Positions 12,151 through 24,880 of a DNA stretch of 64,000 nucleotides are shown here, one piece after another (the first letter of the stretch is position 1; each line of letters starts with the position of its first letter). The notes under the pieces were generated by a model that searched no databases, was not told the DNA's origin, and saw only the letters and a list, made by a program, of their open reading frames with translations. The position numbers were made by a program, and so were the translations under genes. The stretch is from Octopus vulgaris (Eukaryota), in contig OX597822.1 of NCBI GenBank assembly GCA_951406725.2, positions 47,492,001-47,556,000 of the forward strand. Direction: 5' to 3'.

Positions 12151-13260
12151 ATGAGGGTCAGCTGAAAAGTTCATAGGCTAACTAAGATACTCTCATGGAA
12201 CGTTACCAAATGAGGTTTAACCATAGATCCCACCCCCTTGCAGTCCACACACTTCTTCCATCGGTATTGTAATGCTTCGATCGCAATGGTAAAAAAAGCT
12301 TTCATTCTGTTGGTCAAAAAATTCATCAACAGCAGATATAACATCATCATGACTACGATACTGATTCCCAATCAAGTGTTTTTTTCATCTTGGGAATCAG
12401 TTGGTAACCAGATGGGGCCAAATTCAGAGAATAGGGAAGGTGATCAACCAGTTAAAAGCCACAGTCATGCACAATGGCCATTGAAACCAAAGACTTGTGT
12501 GCTGGAGCATTGTCCCAATGAAACAAGACCCCTTTTGTCAGTTTTCCTGGGAGTTTGGTCTTGATAGCCTTTCATAACTACCTCAGCAAGTTGGCATAGT
12601 ACTCTCTATCGATGGTGTGGACCTTTTGAAGGTAGTAAACACAATGCCTCTTGTATCCCTAAAAACTGAAGCCACCATCTTCTCCGCAAATGAAATGACC
12701 TTGGCCTTCTTTGGAGCAGGTAAGGAGGGGTTTTTCACTGCATGGATTGCCTCTTTGTCCCTGGCTAAAGTGATGAACCCAACACCCATCCTGGTTTAGA
12801 AATCATTGAAGGAAACCAGCTGGATCTGCCTTAAACAATGTCATATTTACCTGTTATGTGATCATCCCGATGTGCTTTTGATCAGGTGTCAGAAGACATG
12901 ATACCCACCAAGCAGAAACCTTTTTCATGCCAAGTTCATTGTGTAAAATATTCTCAACTTTCTCACAGGATATGCTAATAGCATTGGTTATTTGGCTTAC
13001 ACTCAATTGCCAGTCTTCCTTCAGCATGTAGTGAACACAATCAATGTTTTCCTCAATGGTGACAGCTGCAGGACATCCAGACCTCGGGTCATCTTCAAGA
13101 CTCTCCCTTCCCCTCCTAAATCCAGCTGCTCACTTTTGCACTGTTGATAGAACTGGAGTGTCATCCTCTCATGTATCAATCATGTCAGCGTGAATGTCCT
13201 TGGGAGCTAAACCCTTTTCCTGCTGTATTAAAATACCTCGATACCAAATATTGTTGATTT
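12151..13260 (-). mobile_element. Decayed mariner transposon
   Basis: PAPKKAKVISFAEKMVASVFRD and ALQYRWKKCVDCKG motifs; TIR-like TA-TGAGGGTCAGCTGAAAAGTTC at the left end. Confidence 0.85.
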
Positions 13261-13445
13261 TCAGAAGTTGCTACCACATACTTTTGAAGTTTTCTTTGAC
13301 CAGTCAGATTATATGGGTGCAAAACCCATCCTATCTTCTCATGAATGAAGAGTGGAGCAGGATGAGTAAAAAGTTTTCCGTAATATACATGCACACACAC
13401 ACACACACACCTATGCATACATACATACATACATACATACATACA

Positions 13446-13478
<33 letters not shown>

Positions 13479-13479
13479 T

Positions 13480-13740
13480 ACTCATACCAACATTTGGGCT
13501 GCTTGATTGGACACTTGATGAGATCCGAGCCATTGATGTGAAAACCCGGAAAATACTAACAAACACACATAATTTCCACATAAACAGTGTCGTAGACCAT
13601 TTCTACCTGAAATGAAAACAAGGCAGCAGAGGTTTAACATCGATCCAGAATGCCTTCGGCGACATCTTTTAATCACCAAGTGTCGAAGTGCATCTCTTGA
13701 CCAAGTTGACATACATGAGGCTGATAACATCATAAGGCAT
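13480..13740 (+). mobile_element. R4/Dong-like LINE internal fragment
   Basis: IPTFGLLDWTLDEIRAIDVKTRKILT..FYLK*KQGSRGL, the post-RT GGRGL-type motif. Confidence 0.65.
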
Positions 13741-13741
13741 C

Positions 13742-13772
<31 letters not shown>

Positions 13773-13944
13773 TACAAAGTAAGATAGGGGTTATGGGTGT
13801 AACCCACTATGGGATATCATTTATCCAATAAACTGTTGGTAAAGTACCCAAATTCTTAATACATAAATGTTTTTAATTGCAATGCAATTAATTCATTTAT
13901 TGTATTAAATGGGTGAAGGTAAAGAAATATTTTTACCATAAATT

Positions 13945-14143
13945 TATAATACAAATAAGAAAATGTAGAAGCAAATTTAGTTTGTTCAACTTACGGATAT
14001 TATAATGTTGGATTATTTTTTCATTTTACAAATGAGAACATTGATGTTCTCATTTGTAAAATGAATAAATAATCCAACGTTATAATATCCATAAGTTGAT
14101 GAACAAACTAAATTTGTTTCTCCATTTTCTTATTTGTATTATA
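13945..14143. repeat. Near-perfect palindrome (about 97-bp arms, 2-nt loop) flanked by diverged direct repeats
   Basis: Centre gagaacat-tg-atgttctc; about 13778-13875 resembles 14158-14250. Confidence 0.9.
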
Positions 14144-14264
14144 TATATAACTCCAAGAAAGTTAGGGGTTGTGGGTCTAACCCATTAAGGGATAATATTT
14201 ATCCAATATACTGTTGGCATAATACCCAATTATTAATACACAAGTGTTTTTTTTCTTCTTTTCA

Positions 14265-17200
14265 GGTGCTGAATCAGATCCCTTCTCCCCCAAATCACCC
14301 CACATTCCCTTCCCAGTTTTCAGAGCTGGCACTGTCAATGTTGGCACAATGAAAGGTAGGTCTAGTGAGATTGTAGAGATGCTTGAAAGGAAATGAGTTG
14401 ATATATACTGCATACAAGAGGTAAGATGGAGAGGAGCTTCAGCTAGGGTCCTCACAGGCAAGGCACATAGGTACAAATTTTTCTGGCAAGGTAACATGGA
14501 TGGTATAGGGGGTGTAGACATTCTCCTCTCAGAGAAATGGGTAGATAAGGTTATAGAGGTTGTTAGGGTGTGTGATAGAGTACTTAAGCTTAGGCTAGTC
14601 CTGCAGAATAGCACAGGTACTATCATCTCCGCCTATGCCCCACATGCGGGGCTACCAAATGATCAGAAGGACCACTTTTACGACACCCTTCTACAGGCTA
14701 CCTCAAACACGAGCGGCAGTGACCTCATCTTTGTGGCTGGAGACTTTAATGGGCATGTCAGGTGGGAAGCAGGTATCTTCACTGGGGTACACGGTGGCCA
14801 TGGTATTGACACCCAAAACGATGAGGGAACCAGGCTACTGGAGTTCTGTGATGCATATAACCTTTTAATCTGCAACACTAACTTAAGGAAGCCAGACAGC
14901 CACCTTATAACCTATCAATAGGGGGACTCAGCTAACCAGATTGATTTCATCCTCATCAGACAGTAGGACGCAGGGTTGCTCTTAAATGCAAAGACCCTCC
15001 CAGGTGAAGAATGTACCCCCCAGCATAGGTTAGTCATTAGTGACTTTAGTCTCGAGACCAGAAGGATACCAAGAAGCAAAGCAATCCAAAAAAGAAGGAT
15101 TTGGAGGCTAAAGAACCCTTCACATGGTCAGACATTTAGGGACATTCTCATCAAGAAATTTGAGGAGAGAGAGGAGGAGCTTCAGACATCAGACATAGAA
15201 AGTAGCTGGAAATTCCTACGGGGCAGCTGGTGCAAAGTCCCTTCCAGACCTAGAGTTACGTGGTGGTGGAATAGTACGGTAGACAAAGCCGTTAGGGCAT
15301 AGAAACAGGCCTGGAAAGCCTGGAAGGATGGGAGAAAAGTACCAGGTAGCCAGAAGAGAGGCTTGGCGGCAGGTATACATAGCCAAGAGCGAAGCGGAAA
15401 AGAAGAAGTTTGCCAATGTCCAGAGACGTGAGGACAAAGAACTGAGGTATTTCGGATTGCAAGACAATGTGTGAGAGAAAATTGTGATGTCACAGGAGAG
15501 AAACGTGTTCGAATTCGAATGGATGATGGTGCACTAGCTTTTAGTGATTCTGAAAAGAAAGAGGCTTGGAGAAGCCATTATGAAAGACTGCTGAATGTGG
15601 AGAATGAATGGGAGGAGGAGAGCCTGCCAAGCGTTGACCCAGCAGAGGGACCAGGTATCCATATAGATAGCTCCCTAGTACACAAAGCAATTAAGGGTAT
15701 GAAGTCAGGAAAAGCCCCCGTCCCATCAGGAATCACTGCTGAGATGCTTAAAACATCTGGTGATGTGGGCTACAGCCTAGTTACCCGTATTGTAAACCAG
15801 GTAGTTCATGATGGAGTCATACCCAACAACTGGCGTAGCAGCACCATAATTAACTGCTACAAGGGTAAAGGGGACGCTCTAGATAGAAATAACTACAGGG
15901 GTATCAAACTGCTGGATCAAGTAATAAAGGTCATGGAGAGGATCGTAGCCCATTTCATCAGGGAGAGAGTCTGCATAGATGAGATGCAGTTCAGTTTTGT
16001 GCCGGGTAGAAGCACCACTGATGCCATATTCCTGGTTCGACAACTGCAGGAGAAATACTTAGCCAAAGATAAACCCCTATACTTAGCTTTTGTGGACTTG
16101 GAGAAAGCCTTTGACAGGGTCCCCTGATCCCTTATCTGGTGGGTGATGTGGAAACTGGAGATTGACGAATGGTTAATAAGGGCTGTACAGGCCCTTTACA
16201 GAGAGGCTGTTAGTAAGGTTACGATCAGCAATGAGGACAGTGAAGAATTCTGGGTAGAAGTTGGTGTCCAAGTAGGCTCAGGCCCTCAGTCCCCTTCTAT
16301 TCATCATAGTCCTCCAGGCAATAACAGAAGAATTCAAGACGGGTTGCTCCTGGGAGCTCCTCTATGCTGATGACCTAGCCCTCATAGCAGAATCACTACC
16401 GGAACTAGAGAAGAAATTTCGTGTGTGGAAGCTAGGTTTAGAATCAAAAGGCCTTAGAGTTAATGTAGCAAAAACCAAAGTTCTAATAAGTAGGAAGGCA
16501 AACTCAACACCAACCCCTTCAGGTAGGTGGCCCTGCTCGATCTGTAGAAAAGGTGTAGGTAGAAACTCCATAAGATGTACCCAGTGCAAGCTATGGACAC
16601 ATAAAAGGTGCAGCAACACCAAAGGAAAATTTACTGGGAAAATAGCTTTCGTGTGCGGCAGATGCACAGGGGCAATAGACACCATTGATACTCAGAAAAC
16701 AGATTCCATTACACTCCTGGGGGAGAAAGTAGAAATAGTTGATAGTTTCCGCTACCTAGGTGACCAAGTTAGTAGCTGGGGTGTATGCTCAGAGAGTGTT
16801 ACCACTAGAATAAGAATAGCTTGGGCAAAGTTTAGGAAGCTTCTTCCCCTACTGGCAACAAAGGGTCTCTCGCTCAGAGTGAAAGGTAGATTGTACGATG
16901 CATGTGTGCGAACTTCCATGCTTCATGGTAGTGAAACATGGGCCGCGACTGCGGAAGACACGCGTAGGCTCAAAAGAAATGAAGCTAGCATGATCTGCTG
17001 GATGTGTAATGTCAGTGTCCATGCACAACAGAGTGTAAGCGCCCTGAGAGAAATGTTGGGCATAAGAAGCATCAGATGCAGCGTGCAGGAGAGACGTTTG
17101 CGTTGGTATGGTCATGTACTACAGATGGATGAGGAGAGATGTGTGAAGAAGTGCCACTCCCAAACTGCTGAAGGAATCCAAGGTAGAGGTAGACCCAGGA

Positions 17201-17764
17201 AGACATGGGATGAGGTGGTCAAGCATGACCTTTGTACGTTGAGCCTCACAGAGGCTATGACAAAAGACCGAGACCTCTGGAGATATGCAGATGGAAGAGG
17301 AGAGATGTGTGAAGAAGTGCCACTCCCAAACTGTTGAAGGAAGTTTATAGTCTGACTTCGAAGACCCAACAAATGAAGTGAGTCATGGCTCGCAGGACGG
17401 CCTGCTGTGCTAACCTTGGATCGTAGAGTGACCCGCTGTTCTTGAGGAGACCTATTGAGTCAAGTACGTTAACACCAACATCAAAATGAAAATCAAATGG
17501 AAATTGTAGTTAAGATACCCATGTCATAAAAGTACCAACCGATCATGGCTGTTTGCCAGCCTGTTCTGGCCCCCGTGCCTGTGGCACGTAAAAAGCACCC
17601 ACTACACTCACGGAGTGGTTGGCATTAGGAAGGGCATCCAGTTGTAGAAACTCCCAGATCAGACTGGAGCCTAGTGCAGCCTCCTGGTTTCCCAGACCCC
17701 GGTCGAACCGTCCAACCCATGCAAGCATGGAAAACGGACGTTAAATGATGATGATGATGATGAT
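14265..17764 (+). mobile_element. RTE-clade LINE, near full-length, pseudogenised
   Basis: APE (NVGTM, CIQEVRW, GDFNGH), RT (AFVDLEKAFDRVP, LLYADDL), GRGRPRKTW C-terminus, (GAT)n tail; related to but diverged from 3793-7185. Confidence 0.95.
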
Positions 17765-17822
17765 ATATTCAAATGTGTGAGTATTTAGTTTCATATTTAT
17801 ATTTATTATGATTGTACTTTAT

Positions 17823-17948
17823 AATCTCTGACGAGGCCTAGAGATATATACAAGTACCTCATTTTCAACTACCTATTACCTCAATAGACTTGACTAATGC
17901 AGGCAGAATGAGATGCTTTTATCTATGGGCTGAAACAGCTGTAAGTCA
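17823..17948 (+). ncRNA. Hammerhead ribozyme-like motif (type I, long stem II)
   Basis: CTGACGA 17828-34, stem II 17835-45 / 17921-31, GAAAC-AGCT-GTA; stem I weak. Confidence 0.5.
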
Positions 17949-18128
17949 TTTTAATAATTCACATTCATGTTTTTTAATAATTACTTGTATTCTTATTTTA
18001 TATGCATAGAATAATATGCTATATGTATGTATGTTATTATAATTATCAGTTTAATAAATAAATAAGTTAACATTTAATTGTCCTAAAGTTGATGAACCAA
18101 CTATTGTGCTCCTCCATTTTCTTATTTG

Positions 18129-18176
<48 letters not shown>

Positions 18177-18279
18177 CAAAGAAATTCCAACTCTGTTTTT
18201 TATGTTTTATTTATATTCTTTATAATATTAATGTAGAATATAGAATATATAGTATAAATAATATATATATAGTAAAATG

Positions 18280-19620
18280 AGATGAAGTATTGTCTTATTG
18301 AATAGATGAAATGTTGAATATAAAATATTAAGGGACTAGTATACTTTCTCGCATTATAGCAGTTTTCAAGGTCCCAGGTTGTGACAGGGAAACAAGGCGC
18401 TCAGAGTATGGTAGGGTGTCTGATGGAGGGTATGCGTTTGGTTGCATGTCTCTGAACAGATTCCCGGAGGTCAATGTTCTGAGCAAGATAGGGGTTCCAA
18501 ACTGATGATGTGAATTCCAAGTGTGGTCGTACCATAGCTGTATACAGTTTTAAATAGATGGCTGGAGAGTGGGTAACAAAAGTTTTGCTGAGTGATGCCA
18601 AGACACACTCGGCCTTCTTGACAATTTTAGAGATATGCTTTGTCCAACGCAAATCACTGCTGACAGTGATGCCTAGGTCACGCTCGCAAGAGGATTTCTT
18701 GATATCAGTGTTGTGGAGGGAGTATGTGGACGCAGGGTTTTTTCTCCCAAAATGCATGGTGGTACACTTGTCCACAGCCAGTTTCAGTTGCCAGTCTGTG
18801 ATCCATTGCTGCATTGTGTCCAGGTCTGATTGCAGGAAAGAGCTGTAGACAACAGGATCTGTCCTCTTGATTTCAAGGTACAGCTTGATGTCATCTGCAT
18901 ATTTCAATACTGTGGCATTCTTTAAATTGGCATCTATGTCATTAATGTATGCCACAAACAAGAGGGGACCAAGGACAGATCCCTGTGGTACACCCGATGA
19001 CATCTCATATGGTGTAGAATGCTGTCCTAGAACTGTGACTACCTCCTTTCGGCTGAGAATGAAGGATTTCAACCAGTTAAAAAGATCATCCCTCACACCC
19101 ATTGCAGAGAGTTTCACCATAAGCCTTTTGTGTGGCACAGAGTTGAAAGCCTTAGCAAAGTCAAGGTAGACAACATCCATCCATGAGCCACTGTCAGTGA
19201 TCTGAGTAATGTCCTCAAGGAACTCGACAAGCTGATCACTGCAGCTGGAGTTAGGGACAAATCCATATTGTGAGGGTCGGATGAGACTGTGAGAGCTCCA
19301 GAAGTTCCAAACACACGATTCCATCAGTTTTGCAATACAGCTAGTGAGACTGACTGGGCGATAGTTGACAGGTGATGTGCGGTCGCCCTTTTTGAACAGA
19401 GGAATGACACTGGCAGTTTTCCACTGCTCCGGAGTAGCACCATTGTTGAGACAGTATTGGAAAAAAATAGAAAGCTGGTGTAAAAGGAAGTACCTGCCAC
19501 ATTTGAGAGGCAGGTATGTAACTCCATCAAGACCAGGGGAGGCATAGTTGCGCTTATTTTGAAGGTGATGTCGCAGCATTGCAGGTGTAAATTCCATAGT
19601 TGTTATGGAATTTTCTGTTA
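18280..19620 (-). mobile_element. 5'-truncated CR1-group LINE with open RT domain
   Basis: [56 protein letters not shown]; the ORF N-terminus is just (TA)n. Confidence 0.92.
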
Positions 19621-19649
19621 GAGATATACATATACATCTATAATCATGC

Positions 19650-19699
19650 ATGTATACATATACATCTACATATACAGATATATATATATATATATATAT

Positions 19700-19775
<76 letters not shown>

Positions 19776-19815
19776 TTACATATGTGCAGATGTATATACA
19801 CATATATACATGCAA
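19650..19815. repeat. (TA)n/(CA)n microsatellite block
   Basis: Direct; similar tracts at 40-125, 13392-13478, 18131-18172, 43185-43228, 59373-59460, and (GA)n at 60128-60159. Confidence 0.95.
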
Positions 19816-21779
19816 ATATATATATTCATTTATTTGTTTCAGTCATTTGACTGATCTCATGCTGGAGTACCTGTACCGCCTGACAATGTCCCCTTAACGT
19901 AGTGGTTCAGCAATAGGAAATGATAGAATAAGTACTAGACTTTAAAAAAAATAAGTCATGGGGTTGATTTGATCAACCAAATCTTTCAATGTGGTGCTCC
20001 ATCATGGTTGCAGTCCAATGACTGAAACAAGTAAAAGATAAAACATAGATTGCAATATTGCTCTTGCTTAAGCAACCTGCTGACCAACTCCCTTTTTAAA
20101 AATAGCCAGTCTTTTACTGTACATTTGAATCTTCGTGGTCATTTGTTTCCATTTCCCAAAAGTAGTTTCATCTTGCAGTGAGACCTAAGCTGAGATTTGA
20201 ACCATAGTTCTCAGATTTCATCAATATAGACCCATGAACTAATACATTTTCCATAAAAGTAAGTGTGTTGTCAGTAAAGGTAAGAATGCCTACGGAAATA
20301 TGGCTTAACCTGCCAACACTGGCAGATTAATATCGGTTTTTGATTTTCACACAAAGCCGGAAGTTTTGTTGGGAGAGTTATGTCTATTACATTGACTCCT
20401 GTGCTCAACTGGTGCTTATTTTATCGACCTTGAAGAATGAAAGGCAAAGTCATCAGTGGAATTTGAACACCGAACTTAAAGACAGACAAAATGCCACCAA
20501 GCATTTTGCCTGGCATGCTAACGATTCTGCTAGCTTAATCTATGGCTGACTTAATTTATTGAGGCAACAGTCTTCAAGAGAAGTTTGCATATTTCCCCCG
20601 CAAACAGTTTGGTTGAAGATTCTAGAAGGACGGTTAACAGCTATAAAAGACTGGTAAATTCAACACCTAGTCAGAGAACTGCTAAGCTGTTTTAGGAATC
20701 TTTGTAGTTTGTTTTAACAAGTTGTTCTCTCTTCACCTCTTTCATTTATAAGTAACATATTTATGCTGTAGTTGATGAAACAGCACTAACTTTTACTTGT
20801 AGTGTCCAGAAGCACATTAATTATATGCAGTGATTAATTTCCATCCACTATCTTCATTACACTATCCAGCAAGTTACCTACCGATCATTCCTAACTGTTA
20901 TATTAATTGAACATTGATCCTTAAATTGTTAAATGTACATATGTAAATATACCCATTCAACTTAAAATATATGGAAATTCAAACTTTAGTGTGGTTATTA
21001 TCTACACATGCAATCTTTGTTACATTTGAATTGAATCAGAGGAATATACGACTTAGGCATTACACTGACATTTCTTGGACTGAAACAAACTGTCCAACAG
21101 GGCTTCTGAAAGAAATTTTGCAAGGCTAGATAAGACTGTTTTGGGGACCCCGGTAGATATCTAAAATTCTTGATTAAAGCACATTCAATTATGAGTCTGT
21201 TTGAATTGAGCTGACCTAGAGCTAAACGACGTTTTGGCACCACAAAGAAAACCGTTATGTTATGCTAAAACTATGATTGTATCAACCATACTTATACTTC
21301 TGAATAATTAGAAAATAATGGTTATAATTATAATTGAAAATAATGATAATTTATTATTATCGGTTCCATAACGAAATTTACGTCACTTGAACTGCTTTTT
21401 TTAAAAATTTACTAATAAGAAAACATCGCCTTGTTTAGGTTTAGTATCACAACCTTAAGGACTACGATCTATAAATAAATAATTTATTTGCCCTATATAT
21501 TAATATTACAGCCGACAATTTAAAGATTGCTGTTATATAGCCATGTGAGCTACATGACACAGTGGTCTCCCTTGTGGGACAAAATCCTATTAGCGACAAC
21601 TAAACAATGACGTAGGAAAATAGGGCTTATTAGAAACGACATAAGACATTCTCAGCTATAATAACAAGACCTAAGCTGTTGATATATCTAATATAAAGAG
21701 TATTAAAAAGCTAGCAAGAAATAAATTTGCAGTATTTGTATTGCCAGTGATAACGTATAATACATTTTGTTATTAGGGT

Positions 21780-21848
21780 AATTACCAGTATTACACCGTA
21801 TGAGTGCCGGTGTTTACCGGAAGTTACATATATTTTCCAATTAACAAG
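21780..21848 (+). promoter_or_regulatory. Putative WDR12 promoter/5'UTR with ETS-type CCGGAAGT motif (21817-21824)
   Basis: Exact ETS/GABP consensus about 25 nt before the ATG, in a locally CpG-retaining, repeat-poor segment; CRE-like TTACGTCA near 21378 and TGACGTA near 21608. Confidence 0.55.
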
Positions 21849-21901
21849 ATGTCGAACACCGGGTCGCACGTGCTGGTGAGACTCTTCACAAAACAATCTC
21901 A
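21849..21901 (+). CDS. WDR12: WDR12 (Ytm1) coding exon 1
   Basis: ATG 21849, MSNTGSHVLVRLFTKQS(Q), donor GTAAGT at 21902 (phase 2) fits exon 2; resembles the WDR12 N-terminal NLE domain start. Confidence 0.85.
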
Positions 21902-22385
21902 GTAAGTATTTCTTTACTTTAACATTTTCTTTTCCTGCTAAGATAAACTCTAGATGCATATCTAGCATTCTACCACATTATTTGCTTGTCTCAATGATCT
22001 CTAGTGCTTTAGTTAGCTATTACATACGTGCTGCTTTTTCTTTCTTTCTTTTCTTTTCCACTCATTCCAGATTTCCAAACGATGTAGCATTCTGTTACTG
22101 CTTCGCCTGCTTAAAATATCAATGAAATCTCCCTCATGTCCGATATATATATATATGTGTGTGTGTGTAAAAAAAAAAAAAGAAGTATAATCTAGAACTA
22201 CTATTATACTTCGAAAAAAAAAAAAAAATGGAGGGTGGTCAAATATTTGTTTGGCCCCCATGTCATTCTGTACGATCCGGCTGACCTGCGGTTGAACAAA
22301 ACTACGTATTTGCAATTTACTTGAGGGTTGAATTGTCAAACAACTTCAACTCATTTTTTTTTTTTTTACGTTTGTTTTATTAAAC

Positions 22386-22636
22386 GGCATTCCTTCGATA
22401 TAACTCGACAAAATCAAAACATTTCACCTTCGGGTATTTCCGAAATTATGCCAGCAATGTCTCATTTTAAACTTGAAGAAAAAAAAAACCTTGCTTATGT
22501 GTTCTTACCTGTTTCATGTGTGTAGGTAAAATCCGCAAATTTCCAAGCAGAAAACAGAATCGAACTGTCATTTGCTTCCACGGAAATACCCGAAGTGAAA
22601 TGTTTTGATTTTGTCGAGTTATATCGAAAGAATGCC
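22386..22636. mobile_element. MITE-like inverted repeat (about 56-bp arms) in WDR12 intron 1
   Basis: 22386-22442 is nearly the reverse complement of 22581-22636. Confidence 0.7.
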
Positions 22637-22739
22637 TATTAAACTGTGTATATTATGTATATATTTGTAATTGTATGCATAAACTGTGTTTTTGTTCATT
22701 GCGTTTCCGCTATATTATTATTACTATTTATTATTATTA

Positions 22740-22952
22740 AAGGCGGCGAACTTAGAACCGTTAGTTCGCCGGACAAAATGCTGCTAAGCATTTCGTCCGT
22801 CCTTACATTCTGAGTTCAAATTCCGCCGAGGTCGACTTTACCTCTTAGCCTTTCGAGGTCGATAAATTAAGCACCAGTGAGATACGAGGGTCGATGTAAT
22901 CGACTGTTCTCCCCCCACCCAATTTAAGGGCTTGTGACTTTAGTAGAAAGGA
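22740..22952 (+). mobile_element. SINE of the abundant 'aaggcggcgagctggcagaa..gagttcaaattccgccgaggtcgac' family
   Basis: Many copies on both strands (e.g. 24880-25230, 34005-34225, 35852-36060, 44560-44716, 45950-47800, 57008-57210). Confidence 0.8.
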
Positions 22953-23101
22953 TTGTTATTATTATTATTAATAATAATAATTAAAGTCTCATGATAACCA
23001 AATACTGTTTCGTTCAATTCTTTCTGATGATTGCAGGATTGACTTCTCTATTTCTGGCTTGAAACCATTTGGTAATTTGGCTACTATGAGATTATAATAT
23101 A

Positions 23102-23137
<36 letters not shown>

Positions 23138-23973
23138 TGCTAATAATAAATTTTGCTGCTGAAACCCATGTATTAATACTCAAATCCATTTATTTCATTT
23201 TACTACTGTAATTAGTTTAAATGTATCAATTAATCCTTGGATACTTTTGGATTTGTGGAATACCAGATACCAATGAGCTATTCCTTCAACTTAATCTTAA
23301 CCATTAATCTAAATGGTTTGTTTACTTAATCTCTGTGTTCTATGCTGATATGGGCTGGACTATATATATATCTATATATATATATATACACATTATCGAC
23401 CATGTTCGGACAGTGCTTTTTACGTGCCATTGGCACGGGGAGCCAATCAGGCGGCACTGGCTACAACCCACATATGAACGGTGCTTATATATATTTTACA
23501 TCCATTTAACATGCTGGCTTGGGTTGGACGGTTTGATGGGAACAAGAGAGTTAGAAGACTTCACCAAACTCAGCTGTCCATTTTGGTATGGTTTCTATGG
23601 CTGGATGCCCTTCTTAATGCCAACCACTTTACAGAGTGTACTGGGTAGTTATTACGTGGCACCAGCACCAGTGTGGTCACCAAGTAACTTGCAGCAGGAC
23701 AAGACCCTTTAAATGGGGTGGGGGAGTAGTATTGAGGGACAGAAAGGTGCCTTGCATTAGAAAGGAGACATGGTTATCTCAGGTGGAGAAGAGAGAAAGA
23801 TGGTGAAGATGTGACAGAGAGATGGCAGGGGTATGCACCCAAGTTACAAGGTGTTGTATATAGAGGAGTGGATCAGGGATTAGAAAGGGTGGGTGATTGA
23901 TTACACACAAACACACATGCATATATATGGAATCTGTTTTATAAAGTAAAACAATTTTTTTTTTTTATCATAT

Positions 23974-24187
23974 CCCTTCAGCATTTAGATTACTCTAATA
24001 AAATATAATGCTTAGTTATTTGCATTGTTGTGAGTTAATCTTGCAGTTTATCATAGCTTCTGGGTTTCAGTGATTTGACTTTATTTTTAGAATGACATTG
24101 TAGGGTGGGTATGAGAGCCTGAACTGTCCAGTTTAAACATGAAACAGAATATTTGGGTCTCGTATGGATGGTTTAAATGCTAAAGGG
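23974..24187. mobile_element. piggyBac-type MITE
   Basis: CCCTT(C)AGCATT...AATGCTAAAGGG-TTAA; inverted relative of 39671-39859. Confidence 0.65.
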
Positions 24188-24541
24188 TTAAAATCATTTG
24201 TCCTATATAAATATATATATATATATATATTTATTTATTTAATCTTCACTCAAGAACCAGATCATCCTCGCAATTTCGGCTGATTAAACTAAGCTAAGAG
24301 CATTAGATTCCTTGGAAAAAAGCTTCGAATGTATACGAAACAAGGACGGAAAAACAGACGATGTTACACGAATATAAATACAAAAATAATCCCCAAAAAA
24401 ACAATAATAATAACAGGACATCACAACAGGCGTCTTTCGACTAGAGATGAATTGAATTCAGCTGGCGTGTTAGGAATTGAGCCTTACAGCAGAGAAAAAA
24501 AAAATGTTGATGTTACCGCGATATATATATATATATGTGTT

Positions 24542-24572
<31 letters not shown>

Positions 24573-24580
24573 ATAATTGT

Positions 24581-24880
24581 GAAGGCGTGTGGCTTAGTGG
24601 TTAGGGCATTCGGCTCAAATTTGAAAGGTTGTGAGTTCAATTCCTGGCAATGCATTGTGTTCTTGAGCAAGACTCCTTATTTCACGTTGCTCCAGTCCAC
24701 TCAGCTGGCAAAAATGAGTAGTACCTGTATTTCAAAGGGCCAACCTTGTCACACTCTGCGTCATGTGCTGAATCTCTGTGAGAATTATGTTAAGGGTATA
24801 CGCGCCTGTGGGCTGCTCAGCCACTTGCATGTTAATTTCATGAGCAAGCTGTTCTGTTGATTGTATCGGCTGGGATTTTT
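24581..24880 (+). mobile_element. tRNA-derived SINE
   Basis: A box TGGCTTAGTGG and B box GAGTTCAATTCC; the 3' part recurs inverted near 60340-60500. Confidence 0.75.

Noticed and set aside
14245-14270. Splice-acceptor-like tract at the RTE 5' junction (exonisation)
   Set aside because: Not in the RTE frame, early stop follows, and no upstream exon found
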